From Eutreptiella sp. 'Long Island Sound 2002' (Eukaryota > Protista > Euglenida): a stretch of DNA of 64,000 bases. Every line of letters begins with the position of its first letter. Position 1 is the first letter of the stretch. The notes below the pieces were generated by a model. That model was not told where the DNA came from, searched no databases, and worked only from the letters and a program-made list of their open reading frames with translations. A program made the position numbers and the translations under genes. Shown here in pieces: positions 55,101-64,000 of the stretch. The stretch is taken from positions 41,416,001-41,480,000 of the forward strand of contig OZ038378.1 of NCBI GenBank assembly GCA_964036045.1, written 5' to 3'.

Positions 55101-56430
55101 CGCACTTAACCCATTGAGCCATCCTCTGCATGCATTGTGACCGTGCATACAATAGTGGAGCACCCCAACCAAGAAGGGGACACGAGCGATTGTTTGGAAA
55201 TGTTACAGTGCACAAATAACGCCCAAAGTTGTTTGTGGCGGGGGCATTTGGTCGATTGTTACCGACCATTGATCCCTAACGGTATATTGTTAGGGTGAAT
55301 CGGGCGCTTATCATGCTGGCCGTCAGGCCCCTGGCATTGCTGCTGCGCACATGGAACCTCTTTTCTTGCCCAGAAGTTATGTGAGGCCAACACCTCTTGG
55401 GAAAATAGGGGATGCCCATGCACCGCGGCAGTGTCCAGTTTATGCTGCCTCACCATGGAAAATAAGACAACCTTGCGCATTTCTCTCCTTCCCGGTGGCT
55501 TCGCATCCCACCCATTCACGTTAACCGTGGTGACCGCCCGGCGGCGGTCCATCATCGAAAGAGGACTCATCGCTTTTGTTTCCCAAATTTAAGCACCGTG
55601 TCACACTCCGTGGCTGTCGTCGATATTGCCGTGGAAGCTAATGATGCACTGGGAGCCGCAGAATTGGAACTCCGTGCCCACATGACCACCGCTCTGTTGG
55701 GACGGGCTAAACCTTTGCTCGAGCGCATGAGATGGTTTTTTGGTGAAATTCAAACACGGAAACTTTGTGTGTCGCCTACAGAACTACCTATGTTGCTTGG
55801 TTTGGTGGTCAAAGGGGCAGATGGATATTGTGTCATGTGGATTATTTTGCAAGAGGAGTATGCCACGCGTCGGGACACAAGTGATCTTAAAAAAGGTGGA
55901 AAAGGTGGTCTTCACAAGCAGATCATCTACCTCAATGGTGTTCAAAATTGGGGCAGTAGACCGCTCACCCCACCATGGGGGTAGGTTGACTAGGAATAGA
56001 TATTTGGCCGATCACCATGCCGCTTGAGGCTCGATGTATGTGTCACCACCACCTCTTGAACCCCTCCGATTTCTGTAAACGCTTTCAGCAAATTGTCGTT
56101 CGCGGACTCATCCTGTAACAACTCCATCGAAAAATTGAACCTCGGTGGCACTTGCTGGAGAAAATAATGACCGACCAGCGGGCTACACTTTGGTTTAATG
56201 AAAAAAGAGTGTGCCAAATGCAGAATGTGCACGCTGGAGCGTGGAGACATATTCACGCTGCTCCAAGAGGTCCTACAGGGGGCATATACCGCTACGAGTG
56301 TGTCGTCAGATCGCAAGGTGGTAATTGTTCGGATGGTGCGACCTCTGGCAAATGCACCACATCCCATACATCTTGCAGCCCCCGCTACCACCTTGACTTT
56401 GTGTAGCCTGGCTCTATCTCCCATTTGCAC
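52165..56430. mobile_element. Scrambled LINE copy 2, overall inverted relative to copy 1
   Basis: 52170-52522 is the reverse complement of 45572-45925; 52524-54243 is a direct copy of 43805-45570; 54241-56155 is the reverse complement of 41633-43797; 56156-56352 is a direct copy of 38769-38855 plus 41522-41632; 56353-56430 is the reverse complement of 38690-38768. Confidence 0.85.
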
Positions 56431-56439
56431 CTTCAACTA

Positions 56440-57470
56440 TTTTTACTACAACCCCTGATTATCCGGCCCGGGAATGACACGCCGATGGTGATCACAAAGC
56501 GCGATCAATGGAAGTGCCACTTCCGCTCTAATTGGGCATCCAGTTGTTCCCATTGCGCTGGTTGTTGCGGCGCATCATGATCCAATTGTCTCGCCAAAAT
56601 CATGATTCGATCTCCCAACACGTGCTTCAGGACAGAATTTGGAAGACGGTGACCAAAATGCTCCGCTCACCGCAACTCGCATGTGGGCCTTTGCCCCAAA
56701 AGCAACACTTACGGCACGCGCTATACATATGGGTGCACACCATAGCGACCAGCCGGGTGTCCCTTCCCTGCAATGGTCTAAAGCAACAACAGTTGATGAG
56801 CTACCATGTGCTGTTGATGGTTGCATACCTTCTCTCGCTATTTTGGGATGTGCACCCTGAGTGCTTGCCGGCTCAGGAGTTGCTATACGGATTGTGAGGT
56901 ATTGCAAAAACCGACCGGGCATGTGTATGGATGTTGAGGCGTGGTTTATGGAGCAAGTGGAGCAATGCACATCGAATTTCTGGATGAAGTTCAAGGATGA
57001 AGGTTCGGGCAAATATGTTGTTGGGCGCTGCGTTGGACCGTTGGAAGAGAGCAGTCGGACAGTTGCAAGAGCACGGGCCATACTAGAGATGATTTCATCC
57101 ATGAGTGGAACATCTGCCATTGCAGGCCATTCTACGGATGTCATCGCTAGGACTGGTGACGCCGGCAGATTGGACCTACGTGGCCAAGCAAGGGTTTTGG
57201 CCAGAGACTTCAAGGAAAGCGTACGAGCCGCTCATGCCGTTGCTGCAGCAAGAAGTGGCAAAAGACAGTTGGAGCGTTTGTGTCATCAATAGAACTAGGA
57301 GCTGCTTACGAGTGTGACGAGATGGGGCGGCATACAGAGAGGCGTGGCAAGATTCATTCTCAATTCAGAGAGTTACAGGCCAAGAGGCAACTGCATGGAG
57401 TCACAACTTAGGGGGCAAAGCAGTGTACAATGGCGAGGGACATTGCAGAGGCGTTTTGAAATTTTTGGCT
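56440..57470 (+). mobile_element. Decayed LINE, APE end and linker up to RT start (continued at ~62710)
   Basis: GDHKA (SDH-position-like, ~56487), a helical linker, then ...IAEAF just before the break. Joins to PEIFWSL...GEVPDDW at 62716. Confidence 0.6.
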
Positions 57471-58101
57471 AGGTGTCATGAAGTAGCCAAACGACAACAC
57501 AACATTGCGTCGCATGGATGGAGAGCCCGTTGCCTAACCGGGGTTGCTCTGCGCTTCCGCGTCTAACATGCATCGTCCTAGAAGAAGCACCGCTGGCAGC
57601 CCTAGCACGGATGAAAGGGGGATGTGGTCCAGGTCTAGACGGAGTACCATGGGTTGCGTGTCGGGAAGTCCTACCGGCAAGTTCTTGCCAAAACCCCATA
57701 CCCACCAATTGAAGTATGAGGTTGCAATGGACACAAAACTTGTTATTTTTCTTTTCGGGATCATTTTAAAGTGGTCGGAGTTCATGGGTCCTCCCGGGGC
57801 ATCGTTGGGGAAATGTTAATTGGGGTCAGAAACCTACTTCCCTGGGACTTTCAAGAGGATTTTTAGGTCTGAAACTTGGGGGCGTTCCCGGAAAAATGGA
57901 CCCGGGAAGTGACTTCCCGGTGGGACTTTCAAGTCTTAAACCAACTTGTTTGGCTTATTGGGACTTTTTGGGTTCATTTTCACATCCTTCATCTTCACTC
58001 CAAATCCCCTTCTTCGTGATATCATCACGTCGTAAGTTGTTGCCACACGTTCGCGTACCCTTGCAGATATTTCTTGCTCCTCTTTTCATTGAAACTGCCA
58101 C

Positions 58102-60240
58102 ATGCCTCCACATTTTGTTCCGGATCGGCTCAAAGCTGCCCAAAGCCGCACCGGTACCGGTGAGTTTGCCATATGGCACTTTGATAAGCTCAAGACAGTG
58201 CAGATCCCCTTCGCTGCCAGCCGCGTCAATTTCCGGGCCGACACCACTATTGGTGTGCTATCCATCGCCCGGTCCACCCTCAACGAGCGGGACTCAGGGA
58301 CACTAAGCAATTTCTTGCTTCGTGTCACGCGGCACAATCGCCACCTCTCCGCCATGGTTGTCCTTCTTGGGCGTCCGGGTTGTGGACTTCCAGATGGACG
58401 CCTCCCTGCCAATGGCCCAACTACGGGACCTGACGGAGACCTTCGCCGGGTATCGGGCCACTATGGAGGAGATCACCATCGAGACCGTCATGGCCATCCA
58501 TCAGCTACGCAAGCTGACGGATGGGGTTCGGCAAACCACCATGCAATCGTTGGATTTGCATTGGTCGGAAGGACATCGACTTCATCTCCGAGTTGCCGCA
58601 TTGAAGGCCCTTGTGGAGAAGGTGATGCGTCAGGTTGAGACGCTATCTGGAACCCAAGCCCTTGGACGCGCTGGCCTGGACAACCGAATCGACTTTATGG
58701 AGAATCAACTGGATGTCCCGAAGTCCGGTCTGGCTCCCCTTGAGCAGGAGATCGCCGGCCTTTCACAGGCGCAAGGGGATCACCTACAAGCCCTAGGAGA
58801 AGTGCAGGCCGGAGTGCAGTCCATCAACGCCAAGGCGGACCAAGCCGACGAAGCTGTCAGAGCGGCGTCCGATCAGCTGAAAGTGATCAGCAATCGGATG
58901 GACCAAACCGCGGCAAGCGTACTGGCACAAGCGGAACAACTCCAGCTGCAGATGGAAGAGATCAAGGCCATAGAGACTCGGTTGAGTCCACTAGAGGCCT
59001 TGGGTGCCACTAACGAGGCAGCGGGGAACGCTGATCCCTCCCTGCCAGGTCAATGTGTTGCTGGAGTCTCTGGCCAAACTTGAACACGAACATGCACAGG
59101 ACAAGGGGGCCGCCGCCAACACACAGCGGCGTCAGGAAGAAGTCCTCAGAGAAACTCAAGACCAGGTCGTCCAACTGGGAATGAGGATCCTGAAAACTGA
59201 AGAACACTCCAGAGGACTGAAGACTCGAGACCAGGTTGGCCAGATAGAAGCGCGGGTACAAGCGTTGGAGGACCCGGCGAAGAAAACTGAAGGCCCGAAG
59301 ACATCCCCAGCCCCAGGGCCGCCCGAAGGCCTTGACCGAAATGCCATACCTCATCTGAAAGAAGAGCTAGTGCAGGTCAAGTCGTATTTCGAGGGGCATA
59401 TAAGGACGCTCGGGCAAAATATGGATGCCCTGATGGGCCAACTGCGGGAGGAACACCTCAGGCCCAGGGGAGTTAGCCCGACGGACCGAGGTTACTACCC
59501 TGACAGACCCGAACCGGGCCCACGAGGACCCTTTGGGGGATATGTCCCCGAACCCTCACGGGTGTCCGAGGCAGGGCCAAACAACCCGTTCTTGTATCCA
59601 CAACAGGACAGGCCTGATGGTCTCCATTATGAGACGCCTCCCTACGATTCAGTCTCAGACCATCGGGTACCAACCCATGATGGCATGCCACCAAGGGGAA
59701 ACCGAGACCCCAATGCCGATTTCAGGCATTGTCGGGGAATGGATCTGAGGTTTTTTGATGACGAGGGTAAGTTTAAACCCGGGGCAATTGAACATTTCCC
59801 CCGGGGCAAAAAACTGCCCAAGATTAATGAGAGGCTTTGTGTTTTCATAGGCGCCTACGCCCTCAGGGCCACCACTAACCCCCACTCCCGTGGATGTGTA
59901 TCCCGGTGGAGGTGGAATCCCGTGGTATGGCCCGGGGGTGTATAACACCATGGTACCTCCACGGTGTGCAAGGGCTTGTAGGACAACATGCCCGGCATGA
60001 ACGCCAAGACGAAGAAGAGCAAGGGTGCGGGGCCGGCAGAGACCATGGACAATGAGGTCTTCGTCGCCCCCAGGGACACGGGCAGCGTGTTCTCGGAGAC
60101 AAAGCCCCGCGGGTCGGAGGGGAAGGGGTATAAACCAATGGGGTACAACCGGTGCTTCTACAAGATCTTGTTGCGCAGCAACATCGTGTACTTCCCGTGC
60201 CCCCAGGACCCACTACAGTTGGCTTGCGGTTTGAGGCCCC
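58102..60240 (+). pseudogene. Long coiled-coil-rich hypothetical ORF (frameshifted), upstream gene of the 57.5-62.7 kb insert
   Basis: Overlapping long ORFs 58322..59083 (253 aa, heptad-rich, Q/E/L/A), 59004..59945 (313 aa, coiled-coil then P/G/Y-rich) and 59988 onward. No recognisable catalytic motif. Confidence 0.55.
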
Positions 60241-60485
60241 GCTCTTTGGTATCACCACCCCTGTCCTGTATAGTGCTCCCGCCCCTGACCCGATTCCAGT
60301 GCCACTTCGATGCCCTCTTTCCTAGGTTGGGGATTCCGAGGCCGTGGTTCCTGTTCCGGTGCGAAGGTAGCACCGGCAGAGAACACGGAGCCCCAAGCTT
60401 TGTAGGCGGCTTGACGCTTGGTGTTGCAAGGTGTTCTTTTTGAGGAGCGACTTGACCGGTTGATGGTGGAGTGTGAGGCACGGCC

Positions 60486-62180
60486 GTGGGACGAGTGAAC
60501 GCCCATCTTGAACGATGCTTTCCCCTCCCTGGCCGCACCCGAGACGGTGGGGATCGGCGGCTCCTCCAAGCCACAATGGTGGCGGACAATGACAACATCG
60601 CCACTTGCGACCTCCCGGAGCTGATCGCGACAAGTGAGTTGATTTGTGCAGAGCTTGACCAGTTGTGCCCTCTTTGATCTCACACACTTGTAGTGACCAA
60701 CTACGCTGGTGTTGCGGGGTAAAGGGGACAACATCTTCACCGCGATATGAGACATGTACCCGTAGGGAGTCGCACACCGTTGGTGTTTGGGGCTATTGAG
60801 CGGGGCAGCACCCAAGTTGACGGGTCGCGGAGCTACTACTTCGCCGATTCTACCCATGGCTTGCCACAGCCGTGGCATCAAGTGCTCATCTATTTGCATA
60901 GGGGCAACATTTTTGCCTTGCCAAGCAATGTCATTTACGCCAGCGATTGCGTGCCCTTCGATCAGCCCAAGGATTCTCGCAGGACCATCTTCTTCTTCGG
61001 GATCCCCACGCATGACGTGACGTACCCCTTCACCTGTGGTACTGCCACCCCGTTTTGGGCCAAGCAGTCCAGGGACCAGTCTAAGGAGCCGTTTGGTTGC
61101 AGCATTCATGGGTGGCGTGCCAAGAATGCTGTTGGGGTCTCCCTGTCTTGTGCTTGTCCTCTTCGCGCATTTCATGCCACCACCTCGCTCAACGACCAAG
61201 TCCAAGCAGTGGAGTCGGGCCTAGATGTTAGTGTGCCCGGACATGGAGTTGTGCTCTTCAAGTGCCACTTATCTGGGAATGGTAAAGGGATGGCTTCCAT
61301 GAATCATGCACCCGCCAAAAAGTGTTGGTGTTGTGATGATAGTTCATCATTGCAACCGGCCAATGCCGTGGCTCCTACACCACGGTGGGGAGCTTTTGTA
61401 CGGTGCGTGCCCCAGAGCGCCAAGTTGGTGACTATGCCCATGCTTTGGCGTGCATATGCAATGCGGTACTCAAACGCCTTAGCGCGAATGTGTCCGTGTG
61501 GGTTGTCAATGGAGAGGGCCGCGGCTATGTTGGCCGCCTCAAAGAGATTTGGGCCGAATTCACCCGAGAGGTAGCACGGATACCAATATCGGAACACGTT
61601 GCCATTCGACCAACAAACTATGGTCAATTCGTCATCACTTTGTTGCGATTTTTTCTGACGCCGCCCTGATGGCAACGTCCTATGGTGGACCTCATCCGTG
61701 CGTTCTACCCCCCAAAAAGAGTAGAAGGCCATCCATACTATGTACATACCGTCTTGCACTCCGTGCTATCATGTGTTGCAAAGTTGCAAACCCTGTGGCA
61801 CCACCAGGCTTGGTTAACTGATGCCCAAGTGGAGGAGGGTAAGAGTGCCGCAACACGCCTTGGTCAGTTTTGGGAGATGCTTGGATGGAAACCCACCGTG
61901 ACCCACCGTGTGGGTAAATTGGGCAGTTGCCCACAACGGATTCTATGTGGAGCAATATCGCCCCATTTATTTGTTTAGTAGCATTCCCACGGAACACCGA
62001 AATTCTCAATTCAAGGTGGAATTGCGAAATTGTTTCAAACGGTGGTACGTGCGACGCCCATTGTTGAACCAACGTGGGTGGAATCACGTCGTAAATATGC
62101 ATGCACTGGGCATGGGTTTGGCAATCTTTGATGCCAAACAGCGGCGAGTGATTCCGAAAACCAAAAGAGCGCGCATGTAA
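60486..62180 (+). pseudogene. Decayed DDE transposase with RAG1/Transib-like (Transib/CMC group) motif layout
   Basis: FKCHLSGNGK (61278-80 at the second-D position), CWCCD (CxxC, 61323-34), GDYAH (61427-41), TVWVNWAVAH...VE...I...SS...TEHRNSQFK (E at 61992-94). Contains stops, a frameshift at ~61410 and a 10-bp duplication at 61891-61910. Confidence 0.6.
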
Positions 62181-62712
62181 GACAATATTGATGGTTTGCC
62201 ACAAGTGTTGTAGCTTGTTTGCAAGGAATCGCGGGAAGTTGGATGGGACCAGGAACCCCCCGGGAAGTCCTGTGGGAAGTAAGTTTTAGATCTCAAAGTG
62301 CCAGCGGGAAGTCACCGTAAAGTTGGACTTTTTTGGTCCGCGCGGACCAGGAAGTCACTTCCCGGTCCCATGGGACCCCCCCCCCCCCCAGCAAAGCAAC
62401 ACACTCTTTGTTGTTGGTTTGGAAGTGCTGCAGTGCAGCAGCAGACCATGTGTGGGCAATGACCGTTCGCCTGTGTCGTGGGGGCGCTCGGTAGCCAAGT
62501 ATCCGTCGCTTCATGGCCCCACCAAAACACCATATCGGCGAGTTTAGAGCCATTTCAAAAAGGTGGTACCTTCCCTCACCTAGAGCACTAAAAATCACCC
62601 CTCACTCGGCCCGAGGGCACTATGGAGGCTTCTATGAGAATAGACCTAGGTTGTGGGGGACTTCCCGGTAGGACTTCCCGAAACACACGCCACATCGGAG
62701 GTGTAAGCGGCT

Positions 62713-64000
62713 GTGCCGGAAATCTTTTGGTCCCTGGTGGCGGTTCAACAAGTCTTGGCGATGGGAGAAGTCCCGGATGACTGGCTTGCCAGCTTGATGA
62801 ATGCCACCCATACCATTACAAAATGTTGTTTGGAAGTGGCTGGCAACCACCATTTTGGTGGTTGTGGAAGACGCGCTACAACAATTTCACCGCCGCAAAA
62901 AGAAAACACCTGTTAGCATTTTATTGCCGACAAACAAGTGGCTAGTGGACAGGGTTGTGCCCGGAAAGCATAGCGGATTTTCATTCCTCGAAAGAGCCTC
63001 CAAGAGGTCCAATAGGTTGGCCCCCAATTTTGGAACCCGTCCCGTTGATGGAACCCTTTGAAGAAATGTGACCCCCGCACATTGTTCGGGGGCGGCATAC
63101 GTAGCGGATGTGCTCAGCATACTATCATTCTAAGGATAGGGTAATACCAAACAGGCAAATGTCGCACCGCATCATTGAGGCCAAAGGGTTGTGGGGTTCA
63201 ATGGTAGATGGTGTGTTTCTATCCATTGATTTTGCAAATGCTTATGATATAGTCTCACGGCTTCTTTGGGGCAGCACTACAACACTTGGTTATGCCGGGG
63301 GACATGGCAGTGGTGCTAGTGGGGTCGCTTGCAGGGGGGATGTTGTTTTGTATTCATCAAGGAGTGGCACCACGGATGTCTATGGTCCTTGATTCGGGGA
63401 TAAGACAAGGGGACCTTTTACTCCACCAATATTCTCTCTTCTCACGGTGTTCCTCATTTATCAATTCAAAAAGGCCTGCCCAAGGGTGAATTTAATGTTG
63501 AATGCAGGTGATTTACTCATTTGGGAACTAGGTTCAGGGTGCGAGGCGCGAGAACAAGCGGCAACAGCTACGGCATGTCTTTTGGAATTTCAGGGCTGCA
63601 AGTTAGTGAGAAGATTTCATTTGCATAACTAAAAAGACAAACTGAGGCGATCGCAATGATGGGTCTGGTGGTCAAAGAGAGAGTACGCCACCTGGGTCCA
63701 AATTGGACATGTAAATCTCTTAGGGACGGCGGGTTTTATGCCAACTTTGTGGGTTTTTGCTGGTCACCGTCATTCTTGCCTTATTTGTGCTCATTGGGTG
63801 TTCCGGAGGTAGGGGTGTGTGGGGTATATCCAGAAAGCCCTTGAAAAGGGCTATTTGGAACACCCGGGTCTTCATGCTGTATTGACGACATGTTTGAGAT
63901 TTTCGTCCGTTTTGGACGGTGCCTGTGTTGCTTGCTGCCTCTTTTTGTCAACATGCAGCTACCACATCTACATACAAATTCACTCCACGGGCTGTTTGCT
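62713..64000 (+). mobile_element. Decayed LINE reverse transcriptase (continues past the window end)
   Basis: GEVPDDW, IPLQNVVWKW, SIDFANAYD, GIRQGDLL, LNAGDLLI (YADD position), VRHLG. Confidence 0.85.

Larger units (their letters stand above)
57471..62710 (+). mobile_element. Putative ~5.2-kb two-ORF DNA transposon inserted into a LINE; ends uncertain
   Basis: Interrupts the LINE RT start. Nested inverted motif pairs: 57661-57682 vs 62660-62681 (21/22) and 57902-57921 vs 62346-62365 (19/20). Candidate 5-bp TSD TGGCT (57466-70) / CGGCT (62708-12). No clean terminal TIR. Confidence 0.55.

Noticed and set aside
55990-56436. 148-aa ORF as a real gene
   Set aside because: It spans both breakpoints of the 197-bp inversion; the copy-1 arrangement gives the more ORF1-like reading.
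60252-61205. 317-aa minus-strand ORF
   Set aside because: No recognisable motifs, and it overlaps the plus-strand frame that carries the transposase motifs. Treated as an antisense shadow, though not formally excluded.
60211-62435. CACTA-type termini (CACTACAG at 60211; CTGCAGTG at 62428-62435)
   Set aside because: Only 7/8 match, no extension, and the 3-bp flanks (ACC vs CAG) do not form a TSD.
57474-62694. LTR retrotransposon with TG...CA ends and the coiled-coil ORF as gag
   Set aside because: The two ends are not direct repeats, the flanks (CTAGG vs TCGGA) are not a TSD, and no protease, RT or integrase lies inside.
62618-62715. Transib/RSS-like ends (CACTATGG at 62618; ...GGCTGTG ending 62715)
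   Set aside because: No matching partner end or 5-bp TSD found. The similar CACTATGGAGG near 58457 lies in coding sequence and is probably chance.

Overview
This is repeat-dense eukaryotic nuclear DNA, most likely from a photosynthetic euglenid. That is an inference from a euglenid class-I-type tripartite plastid leader on the only clear host gene, with TTAGGG-type repeats as weak support. The host gene is a 3-exon histidine phosphatase (PGAM-family) gene with GT-AG introns: 26379-26903, 29584-29901, 30475-30846, about 404 aa. Almost everything else is decayed or nested mobile DNA: several LINE relics (APE/RT/RNase H), a probable Ty3/Gypsy relic, three hAT-type elements with 8-bp TSDs, TA-flanked MITEs, a TA-microsatellite insertion hotspot, and a GGGGAATTAT-type satellite that repeatedly flips orientation. 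Best candidates for new biology: (1) a decayed DDE transposase with RAG1/Transib-like (Transib/CMC-group) motif spacing, inside a ~5.2-kb two-ORF insert bounded by inverted motif arrays; (2) a hAT transposase with extra N-terminal NUMOD1-like and tandem PHD-like modules; (3) a PhyH-like 2OG-Fe(II) dioxygenase relic between satellite blocks; (4) two inverted copies of a scrambled LINE that differ by internal inversions of ~197 bp and ~1.75 kb, part of a window-wide excess of local inversions. All family assignments are by-eye motif recognition; no database search was run.
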